Shown here in pieces: positions 40,010 to 51,010 of a stretch of 64,000 nt of DNA. The DNA lies in assembly GCF_963921235.1 (NCBI RefSeq), contig NC_086109.1, positions 8,062,001 through 8,126,000 of the forward strand, written 5' to 3'. The first letter of the stretch is position 1. Every line of letters starts with the position of its first letter. A program made the translations under genes and the position numbers. The notes beneath the pieces are model-generated. The model saw only the letters and a program-made list of their open reading frames with translations, was not told the origin of the DNA and searched no databases. This stretch comes from Mobula hypostoma (Eukaryota).

Positions 40010-40126
40010 AAAAAGCCTACAGCACCCAGTACCCCCGGGTGGTCTCCCATTCCGAGTACTAACCGGATTGGAGCTTGCTTCGGTACCAAGATCAGATGGG
40101 ATTAGGTATTTACAGGCTAGTATGGC
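40010..40126 (-). pseudogene. 5S rRNA pseudogene, slightly 5'-truncated and diverged
   Basis: Minus strand gccatac...tctgatcttgg...ggttagtactcggaatgggagaccacccgggggtactgggtgctgtaggcttttt aligns by eye with vertebrate 5S rRNA, including the oligo-T terminator. Confidence 0.88.
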
Positions 40127-41776
40127 AACACCACGCATCTCTCGGTTAATGGTGGTGATCCTTGGCATAAAAATGGTTGGGAACCCCTGTTCTAGAAGGT
40201 TTTTTTTCCTCTATTCACCATCTGCAGGCTCTTGTGTTGCCATTTGTTGCCTATCCACCACAGACCTTAAGAAGGTTAAGGGTGAAATACCTATGGGTTA
40301 GCATAACTGCCTTGAAACACTGCAGTCCTTCTGGCAAAGATGGCCCCACAGAGTGGGGTGTTTCATGAATTGGACCTAGTGAAGACAAAGGAATGGTGGT
40401 ACATCTCCAAGTAGCACCACAGGTGGCTTGGTAGTGTAGCGTTGCTGTTTCCATACCAGGCCGTGATGCATCCAGCTAGGATACTCTCCGCTGTGCGTCT
40501 GTAGAAAGTTGTGAAAGTTTTTGGGATCAAGCCACATCTACATAAACTTCCAAGGAAGTAGAGGCTTTGTGATGCCTTTTTTCTTGTGATGGCACTTGCG
40601 TGCCAGTCCCAGGACAGAGGTATTGCTATATCATTTTCAGTAAAGTAGTGCATTTGTCCCACAAACCTGTTAAGATGAGATTGTGCTCCCTGATACAGGT
40701 TTTAGTTACTGGAAGAAACAGTGTATGTAGCCCTTGACGTCGCCATCCGGGACGTACTCTCTTCTCGCTGCTGCCATCAGGAAAAAAGTACGGGAGCCTC
40801 AGGACTCACACCACCAGGTTCAGGAACAGTTATTACCCCTCAACCATCAGGCTCCTGAGCCAGAGGAGATAACTTCACTCAACTTCACTTGTTCCATCAT
40901 TGAGCTGTTCCCACAACCTAAGGACTCACTTTCAAGGACTCTTCATCTCACGTTCTTGATATTTATTGTTTATTTATTATTGTTATTTTTTTCATTTGTA
41001 TGTGCACAGTTTGTTGACAATTACACACCAGTTGTTTGTCCGCTCTGTTGGGTGCCGTTTTTCATTGACTCTATTGTGTTACTTTGATTGACTGTGAATG
41101 CCTGCAAGAAAATGGATCACAGGGTTGTATATGGTGATAATAAATTCACATTAAATTTTGAAGCAGAGAAGGTTCAGGGAAATCTTAGAAACGTGGGCAG
41201 TGAGTTAGAATTAGAAATGCAATGAGCTGGCATTAGTGGGTGAGGCTGATCGGAGTTGTTCACCGCAGTGTCGTTCTGCAGCTTTAGGAAGGCTTTAGTG
41301 ATATTGCAAAGTTGACTTTGCATTTACAGGATGTGTGTCAGCAGCATTATATTAATTTTTGTTCAAGGGTTTAAAGCTTCAGTTTAGTTTGTATCTGTCT
41401 TAATCTGCTTCTCAGTGATTTTTTTCCCAATACTCTGCTGTCAATATTCCACCCGATATGGTTTTGGTCACCCTGTGTAAATGTATGCAAAGTTATTTTC
41501 CATGGATATCTGACAACATAAACCAGTGGGGGTGAGGGGCAGGGAGCAATTATACTAAAATAAGATTTTTTTTTTCCATTTTGTGTGCATGTCTATTTCT
41601 GTAACAACTATTTTAAGACCTTAAAACCATAAGATATAGGAGTAGAATTAGGCCATTCAGCCCATCAAAGCAGGGAATATCCAAACTCTTGTGTACCAGC
41701 ACGATTTTATTTCTAGGGTGTGGATGTCGTGAACATGTTGAATTGCTCTGACTTTCATGCCTATTATTTTCTTCAG

Positions 41777-41785
41777 AGTCAAATG
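41777..41785 (+). other. Candidate 9-nt microexon (AGTCAAATG)
   Basis: ctgac...catgcctattattttcttcAG|AGTCAAATG|GTAAGA in repeat-poor context. Confidence 0.45.
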
Positions 41786-43085
41786 GTAAGATAAATGGGG
41801 ACTATATGGTGGAGTACGAACATTTTTTTATTTAACCCCAAACTGCACTGCATAGAAATTGCTTAATTTCTCCTGGAGTCGCACAACGTAGAATCAGGCC
41901 CTTTGGCCCGTCTAGTCCACACCTGTGGCAATCCATTTGCCCACCACGAACGAGCTTCTGTGTCTATTCAGTAATGTGCCCTAAGTTGCAACCTACAATA
42001 GTTCTTCCAAATTATGACGGTTCAACACACAAGGGAAATGTATGTACTTTGTTAGTAAGTGTACCGTGAACCCGTGTTGGTCTGATGTTAAAGTAAGGAT
42101 ACACCTGAAGGGATGACGAGCCAGGACACCTCTTGGTAATGTGATGAACTTTATAAAAGCAAGCTGCCTGCAGGTTTTAAAGGGTGAAGATTGGTCTTAT
42201 TTGTCATATGTACATTGAAACATCGAAACGTACAGTGAAAAGTGTTTTTGGTATTAATGACCAGCACAGTCCAAGGATGTGCTGGAGGCAGCCGTGCTTC
42301 TGACACCACGCTAGCATAACCCTAACTCAGACACCTTTGGAATGTGGGGGGAAACCGGAGCACCCAGAGGGAATGTACGTGGTCACAGGAGAGCGTACAA
42401 ACTCCTCATAGACAGTGGCGGGAATCGAACCCTGATCGCTGGTGCTGTAAAGCGATTGCGCTCACTGCTGCAGTACTGTCCTGCAATTTCAGAGATTATA
42501 ACTTCTAGAATTTCGTCGGCTTTCCTATCTGTTTTGCCTGCTCTGCATTGGCGTACACCCCGTCTTGCTGCAGCAGGAAGCAATAGCTCTCAAGTGCTCT
42601 GGTGCTGAGGCTGGTAGAACCTGTCTCTCAGCTCCAGCAACCCAGGTTCAGTCCTGACCTCTGGTGCTCACTGTGTGGAGTTTGCTTACTCTCCTTGTGA
42701 CCATGTGTGTTTTACCGGGCACTGGGAGTTTTCTCCCACCTCCCCAAGGCTGTGCTGGGCGGTGATGTCGTGGCATCTGCACCGGACTTTGAAGCAAGTA
42801 GCCCCAGGTTCAAATCCGGCCGGCTCCTTGCACACTTCCCGTCCGTGCTGGGTTGAGCATCAAGCTAGAAACTCGGTCTTGTAAAAGAAATAAAATGCGC
42901 AAAGAAACACCAAGATTGCCGCCCGATGCGCCTCAAAGTGCAGAAAGGAGCAAAGCACACCAAGATTGAGAGTAATTTGGTTAATTCATGTCAGAGTCGT
43001 ACAGCAAAGAAACTGGCCCTGTGCTCTGTTTATTTATTAATAACTATTTTCTATTTTTAATTAATAGTAATTTGTATGTATTGTA

Positions 43086-43710
43086 AGAACATAAGAAATA
43101 GGAGCAGGAGTAGGCCACCTGGCCCATCAAACCTGCTCCGTTATTCAATAAGATCATGGCTGATCTGGCCATGGACTCATCTCCAGCTACCTATCTTTCC
43201 CCATAACCCTTAATTCCTCAATGATGCAAAAATCTGCCCAACCTTGTCTTAAGTATATTTACTGAGGCAGCCTCCACTGCTTTATTGGGCAGAGAATTCT
43301 ACAGATTCACCACTCTCTGGGAAAAGCAGTCCCTCCTCATCTCCACCCTAAATCTACTCCCCCGAATCTCGAGGCTATGTCCCCAAGTTCTGGTCTCACC
43401 TACCAGTGGAAACAACTTTCCTGCCTCTATCGTAGCTATCCCTTTCATAATTTTATGTGTTTCTATAAGATCTCTCATTCTTCTGAATTTCAGCAAGTAC
43501 AGTCCCAGGCGACTCAATCTCTCCTCATAGTCTAACCCCCTCATCTCTGGAATCAACCTGGTGAACCTCTTCTGCACCACTTCCAAAGCCAGTATATCGT
43601 TCGTCAAGTAAGGAGACCAGAACTGCATGCAGTACTCCAGGTGCGACCACACCAGTACCCTGTACAATTGCAGCATAACCTCCCTGGTCTTAAATTCAAT
43701 CCCTCTAGAG
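43086..43710 (-). mobile_element. CR1 LINE 3' fragment
   Basis: ORF 43299..43676 LYRVLVWSHLEYCMQFWSPYL...VQKRFTRLIP...YEERLSRLGL. Confidence 0.9.
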
Positions 43711-44099
43711 CTGTTAGTCCCAGTCGAGCAGTCCTAGTCTTGATGCTCCTATACCTCCTTCCTGATGGCAGTGGGTCAAAGAGATTGTGGGATGGGTGGT
43801 AGGGATGCTCAGCAATTCTTTGGGCTTTTCACAGACAACGTTCCCAGTAAATGTCGCAAATGGTGGGGGGGAAGGGGGGGAGACCCTCGGTGTTCCTCTC
43901 ATCAGTTCTTACTGTCTTCTGTTGGGTCCTGCAGACCGATCCCTTGCAGTTTCTGTACCACACAATGATGCAGCCATACAGGACACATTCAGTGGTGCTC
44001 CTGTATGAAGAGGTGATTGAAATAAAGTGAGAATAAAAATGGGATTGTGTGAGATAGTTACTTGATTGTCGGCAGAGACTTTGTGGGATGAATGATGTG

Positions 44100-44845
44100 G
44101 GGAGAAGGAATAAAGACGTGGACTATTTTCTAAACGGGGAGTAAATTCAAAAATCAGAGGTGCAAAAGGACGTAGGAGTCCTCATGCAGGATTCCCTAAA
44201 CATTAATTTGCAGGTTAAGTCAGTAGTAGGGAAGGAAAATGCAACGTTAGCATTCATTTCGGGAGGATTTGAATATAAAAACAAAGATGTAATGGTAAGG
44301 TTTTATAAGGTATTGGTCAGAGAGCATTTAAAGTGTTGTGAAGTTTTGGGCCCCTGATCTAAGAAAGGATTTGCTGGCATTGGCGAGGGTCCAGAGGAGG
44401 TTCACGAGAATGATCCCAGGAATGACAGGGTTAACATATCAGGAGCGTTTGATGGTTCTGGCCTGCACTTGCTGGAGTTTGGAGGGAAAGAATCTCATTG
44501 AAACCTATCAGTTGTTGAATGGCCTAGATGGAGTGGATATGGTTTCCTGCAGTGGGAGAGTCCAGGACCAGAGGGCACAACCTCAGAAAAGAGAGTCACC
44601 CATTTAGAACAGAGATGAGGAAAAGATTCTTCAGCCAAAAGGTGGTAAATCTGTGGAATTCATTGCCACAGATGGCTGTGGAGGCCACATAATTGGGTGT
44701 ATTTAAAGCAGCAGTTGATAACTTCTTGATTAGTCAGGACGTCAAAGGTTACAGAGAGAAGCAAGTGAATGAGGTTGAGAGGGATAATAAATCAGCCAGA
44801 ACAGACGATGGGCTGAGTGGCCTATTTCTGTGCTCTATGACTCTG
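44100..44845 (+). mobile_element. CR1 LINE 3' fragment
   Basis: ORFs 44160..44357 and 44338..44607 (FWAPDLRKDLLALARVQRRFTRMIPG). Confidence 0.85.
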
Positions 44846-45079
44846 ACTCTACACCGTACTCCATGGTCGAAATGTATTCAGTGTGATCTTGGTGATGAGA
44901 CTATCCAATATGCAAAACTTCCCTTGTTCAGAGTTTTATTATTTCCCACGCAGGGTGGACGTCACTGGTGTAATGGATTGTGGTGACTCACTACTCTGGT
45001 GAAGGGACTCCCACAGTACGACTGAGGAAGGAATTCCTGGGGTTAGACCCAGGTCAGGACAGCTGAAGCCAAAGGCAAG

Positions 45080-45650
45080 ACGCACAGCATGCTGGAGGCA
45101 GCATTCGTGGAAGGAAATAAGTAGCTGATGTTTCAGGCTAAGACTTTTCCTTCACCAGGATTGGAAAGGAAGGAGGAAGAATCCAGAACAAGGAGATCGG
45201 GGGTGGGGGGGGGGAGGAGTACGATAGGTGATAGATGAGACCAAGTGAGGGGGAAGGTGGGTAGATGGGAGAGGAGAAAAGAAGTAAAAAACTGGGAGGT
45301 GATAGGTGGAAGAGGGAAAGGGCTGAAGAAGGAGGAGTCTGATTGGAGAAGAGAGTGGATTGTGGGAGAAAGGGAAGTGGTGGGGGGGGGACCCAGAGGG
45401 AGGTTAGAGGTGGGGAGGGGAAGAGAAGGGGTGAAAGGGGAGCCAGGATGAGGAATGGAAATAGAAAGGGGGAGAGGCAGATTACCGGAAGTTAGAAAAT
45501 TAAAGTTTATGCCGTCAGATTGGAGGCTACCCAGATGGAGTGTGAGATGTTGCTTTTCCAGCCTGAGAGTGGCCCCATCGTGGCAAGAAAGGAGGACGTG
45601 GACCAACACGTCAGAATGGGAAGTCGAACTGAACACTGGGAGTTCCTGCC
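45080..45650 (-). mobile_element. Penelope-like 3' fragment (GIY-YIG C-terminus + pseudo-LTR)
   Basis: LRLEKQHLTLHLGSLQSDGINFNF within ORF 45133..45891; homologous to 18390-18980. Confidence 0.8.
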
Positions 45651-47867
45651 TTTTGTGTTTATGAAACCAAAGGCATCTGGTCCTCAGCCAGCAGCTGATT
45701 GTTCTGTGTGTTCTGGCCCCCAAGTTGTAATAAACATAAACTGTTTCCATTAAAGCCGAACTATGGGAAACACACACGTTCTGGGGCGATCTCGGTGGGT
45801 CATTCAGCATCAATGGAAGGTCTCGACCCAAAGGATCAACTGTCCATTTCCCTCCCGAGATGCTCCCTGATCTGCTGAGTTCCTCCAACATGTTGCCTGT
45901 TCAAAATTTCCAGCATCTGCAGTCTCCATGTCCACACTGAGTAGAGCACTTAATTATAATCTGAAGTTGCAAGCACTTGGTTCCGCTGGTCAGTGAGCTT
46001 TAACATAATTAGTGTCTGGCAAAAAAAAAATCCCAGCAGAGGAGTTGGAAATTGTCACTTTTTGCAACAAAACATCATTGCATCGAGGCCTTTAGGCACT
46101 ATGAACACGAGATTCTGCAGATGCTAGAAATCCAGAATGACACACACAAAATGCTGGAGGAACTCAACAGGTCAGGCACACACAGTGAACATTATGGGTT
46201 GAGACCTTTCATCAGGAATTCACAGATGAACGGTTCTGACGGAAGACCTTGACCCAAAATGTCGACTGTTTATTCCATTGATGCTGCTTGACCTGAGTTC
46301 CTCCTGCATTTTGAATGTGTAACTTTAGACACCATAATTGCTTTGGGGAAAAAAAAATTGGTCTTAGATGTTTAAAGCAGAGTGGAGTTAAATGGGGTGG
46401 TCATGGGCAGTGGAGGTTGGACGCTCAGAGATATATTTGGAACAATGACATGATTCTGATCCTTTTAATATCGATTTTTTTTTCCTCCCTCTCTATCGTT
46501 AACACGGGTGAGAATACATTTTGTGAAGCACAAACAAGACAAAATCTGCACAAGCAAAACAAGCAATGCACACAAAATGTTGGAGGAACTCAGCAGGCCA
46601 GGCAGCATCAAATTACAGTCGACATTTCAGGCTGAGACCCTTCAGCAGATCAGGCACGTCTGTGGAGGGAAACGGACAGTCGGCGTTTCTGTTTGAGAAC
46701 CTTCATCTGAACCACGCTTTTGTTGAGCATGCCAGTTTACTTTTGCAAACCGCTACTCTATATTCAATGTTTCATCTTTTTTTAATAGCTGCGCGGACCA
46801 AACATTACTTTGAGCAGGAAATTATTACGGGCCTGAAACTTGTGTGGCACCTTAAATAAAATATTATATAAAAGAGAATCCCATGGCAACAGAGGCTATG
46901 GATGCAGGGGTATTTCAGCGACTGTGCGGGCTGTGCGCCTGAGCAGCTTAGAGGGAACAGTGTAAAAACAAAGCTAAATATTTAGTAGAGTATGGATTTT
47001 TAAATGTGGAAAGCGTGTGTTATTTCTGGGCCTTTTGATGGAATTTGAGCTCTGTTGGGGGTTAATATCAAATGCTTTGTTTGGATCGCGGAGCTTTGCA
47101 ATCACATTGATTTGGGAGGCAGTTTGCGGAGAGACTCCCATTGCTTCTTGCAATCTGTGTACTGGGATGTGTCAATTTTAATTACAGTGTGTTCCATCTC
47201 AGTGCATACAGACATATGCAAATACTAATCTTCAATATAATCAAACTAATTTTTCAGCATCTGGTAAGGGATCCTGACCTTGTCTGCTTTGTGTTGGTTT
47301 CCCCCTCCCACTGTGACCTCAGTGGCAGTAAATGAGGAGCCCTGTACAGTCCTCAAATAGGCATAAGGTGAAGGAATGCAGTCTGCGGTAATCACTTTTC
47401 AAAAAAAAAATCTCCGTATGATTTAAAGCTTGCATCATTACCCAGTGTAAATGCAATTTGCATAAAATGTTGAAAGTGTTGCTGTTGGCATTAAAGTGAA
47501 ATTTGCCAACTCCGTAGTAAGTGTTAAAATGCCACAAGTATTCTTCAGTTCTAAGTAACTTGTTTAGCATTTAGAGTATTTGTCAAAAAGGGTTTTTATT
47601 TAATCGTTAAGCATTGCCAGCAGTTTTTCTCTGTATTCTCTCCTTCCTCGCCCTCCAATGTCATCCAGAAATCAGCATCTGGTTTGGATGAAGGGTCTCC
47701 AAAAAAAAATGTCAACTGTCCGTTTCCCTCCACGTATATGCCTGTTCTGCTGAGCTCCTCCAGTTTGTGTATCCTTGCTCCAGATTCCAACATCTGTGGT
47801 CTATTCTGTCTCCATCTGGTTCAGACGGCAGCTGGTCATACTCAGTCATAAGACCATAATAAGAGCA

Positions 47868-49020
47868 TAAGATATAGGAGCAGAATTAGGCCATTTAGCC
47901 CTCCAAACCTGCTTCGCCATTTCATCACGTCTGATCCATTTTCCCTCTCAGCTGCAATCTCCTGCCTTCTCCCCTGCATCCCTTCATGCCCTGACCAATC
48001 AAGAACCTGTCAACCTCTGCCTTAGATATACCTAAAGACTTGGCCTCCACAGCTGCCTGTGGCAATGAATTCCACAGATTGACCACCCTCCTCGTCTCCT
48101 TTCTAAAAGGATGCCACTCTATTCTGAGGCTGTGTCCTCTGGCCCCATAGGAAACATCCTCTCCAGATCCACTCTATCCAGGTCTTTCAACATTTGATAG
48201 GTTTCAGTGAGCTCACCTCTCATTCTTCTGAATTACAGTGAGTAGAAGCTTAGAGCCATCAAACACTTTTCATTTGATAAGCCTTTCAATCCTGGAATCA
48301 TTTTCGTGAACCTCCTTTGAACCCTCTCCGGTGTCAACACTTCCTTTCTAAGATAAGGGGTCCAAAACTGCTCTCAATAGTCCAAATGAGATCTCACCGG
48401 TGCTATGTAAAGCCCCAACATTATATCCTTGTTTTTATATCATGGAGCACTACAGCACAGAAGCAAGCCCTTCCTTCCGACTAGCTCATGCCGACCTGAT
48501 CTTCTGCCTGTTCTCATTGACGTGTACCTGGACCATAGTCCTCCATACCCCACCCACCCATGCAGATATCCAAACTCATCTTAGACATTGCCACTGATCT
48601 CACATCCACTGACAGCTCGTCCCACACTCTGTCTGAGCAAGACAGTCACCTTCAGGTTCTCCTTAAATATTTTACCTTTCACCCCTTAACCCATGACCTC
48701 TCATTTTAGTCTTACCCAACCTCAGTGGAAGAACCTGCTTGCACTCGCCCTGTCTCTACCCCTCATAATGTTGTATACCTCTATCAAATCTCACCTCTTT
48801 CTCCTGCACTCCAAGGAATAAAGCCCTAATCTATTGAACCGCTCCCTGTGTCCTCAAGTCCCAGCAGCATCCTTGTAAATTTTTTCTGCATTCTTTCAAG
48901 CCTATTGATAATTTTCTTGTAGGTAGGTGAGTTGAACTGCAGAGAACACTCTAGGTGCAGCTTCACCAAAGTCTTGCACAACTTCAACAAAATATCCCAA
49001 GTCCTGTACTCAATACTGTG
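47868..49020 (-). mobile_element. Two adjacent CR1 3' fragments
   Basis: CR1-type tail 'ataagatataggagcagaattaggccat' and ORF2 C-terminal sequence homologous to 33008-33650. Confidence 0.75.
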
Positions 49021-50387
49021 CTTTGTAAAAGTGCTCTTTCATTGATTCCATTATGGGTCTGTTGAGTATGCCTACATGAAAATGAATCTCAAGGTTGTAC
49101 ATGGTGACATACATGTGCAGCAGATTGTACAGTTAAAATTGGCTTCATGATCAGCGTGGTCATGTGACCATGTGGCAACCAGGGCTCCAATTTGACGTAA
49201 AAGCTTTTGCAGAAGAGTAGAGAGTTAAAGACATGTCTGCAGGGCCATCTACGGCTACTGATAGAGAACAGAGGATATATGCACTCGAGCAACACACACA
49301 AAATGCTGGAGGAACCCAGCAGATCAGGCAGCATCTGTGGAAATGAATAAACAGTCATCGTTTCGGACTGTGACTCTTCTTCGGGGAAGGGAAGGTGGGG
49401 GAAGATGCCAGAATAAAAAGGCGGAGAGAGGTGAAGGAGGACCAGCTAGAAGGTGATAAGTGAAGGTGGGTGGGGAAGGTAAAGGGCTGGGGAGGAAGGA
49501 ATCTGACACTACCTCAACCTAGTATGAATATTTTGGCAGATAATGTAGCCCAGCTGACCCAACTCATCCCGTTGGTCTTCAGTCAGGTACTTAACATGAA
49601 TTTCCATTTGATAAAGTCTCCCATGAGATTAGTGAGAATTGAAATGGCCTGAAAACCCTTCTGTGATGTTTAAAGACCAACAACCCCTTTAGGACAGTCA
49701 TTGCCACAGACGGCTGTGGAGGCCAATCACTGGGTATACTTAAAGCTGAAATTAATAGGTTCTTGATTAGTAAGGGTGTCCAAAGTTACTTGGAGAAGTC
49801 GAGGGAAGTGGGGTTCAGAGGGATAATCACCCTTGGTCAGAACTGCATAAGCGTGAAAAAATGTTAGTTTTCAGCAGGGGAAAGGATAGGAGTGTGGGAG
49901 GAGTAGAACAAAGGGAATGTCTCTGTTCGAGTGAGACAGAATGGGTTAAAAGTAGCAGAAGCACACTTTTTTAATTGATTAGATTAACATATTTGTCACA
50001 TTTACGTTGAAACATCAAAACATAGTCTTTTGCATCAGCAATTAATACAGCCCATGGATTGTACTGGAGGCAGCCCAAAAAGTGTCACTTTTTTGTGTAA
50101 CATGTCGAAGGATGGAGCAGCCTCCTTACTATACAAGATGCCTTCAAGGAGCAGCATCTCAGAAAGGCGGCGTCCATTACTGAGGACGCCCATCACCCAG
50201 GGCATGCCAACTTCTCATTGTTACCGTCAGGAAGGGGGCACGCACTCGGTGATGCAGGAACAGGTTCTTCCTCTCTGCCGTCAGATTCCTGAGTGGACAT
50301 TGACCCATGAGCACTACCTCGCTACCTTTTCTAAAAATCATTTCTGATATTTGCGACTTATTTTAACATACCTATTTAATATACATA

Positions 50388-51010
50388 GAAGCGGGAGGAG
50401 AAGATGGTGGCACGCCTGCGTGTGCGCAGCCCTCCGGTGAAAAATGATATCGTATCTGTTAAATAGGGGCCGTGGACAATTCTGATTTGATGGAGAATGG
50501 ACGTGAAAGCACAGAGGAACATCTGGAGATATTTCTGAAACGCCCGTTCGCTGCTGTCGTTGCTGTGTGGTCGGGAATCTTTCGGAGGGTAGGCCTCAAA
50601 ATCCCCGGCCTTGCCTGCTTTTGGCGACCGAGAAGGAGGTTGAATCATTCGGACAGAGATGGCACTCAGTACTCGGTGTTGGAGAGCTGATCAGAGCTCA
50701 AAGTTTTCGGATGACTCAGAGTCGGATTGTGGTCAGCATGGCAGGGAGAGTTTTTCTTCCTTCTCCCGTCTGTGTGAGATGTGGGACATTTGAGAAGCTT
50801 CGAACTTTACTGAGCTCATGGACTTCCTCATCAAGTTATGGTATTGTTGCACTGTTGTAACTATATGTTATAGTTATGTGGTTTTGTCAGTTTTTTCAGT
50901 CTTGGTCTGTCCTGTGTTTTGTGATATCACACCGGAGGAAATAATGTATCATTTCTTAATGCATGCATTACTAAATGACAATAAGAGGACTGCGTGTCTT
51001 CATAATCTAA
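50388..51010 (+). mobile_element. CpG-rich ~620-bp non-coding insertion inside a Rex1-like tail
   Basis: Starts 'ggagaagatggtggc' (LINE-5'-like) and ends 'aaatgacaataag...aatctaa'. The host repeat (50110-50387) resumes at ~51011. Confidence 0.6.

Noticed and set aside
40010..40126. Functional 5S rRNA gene
   Set aside because: It is 5'-truncated, heavily substituted in the internal promoter region and not in a tandem array.
45133..45891. 252-aa ORF as a gene
   Set aside because: It is a patchwork across pseudo-LTR and GIY-YIG remnants and pyrimidine-rich sequence.
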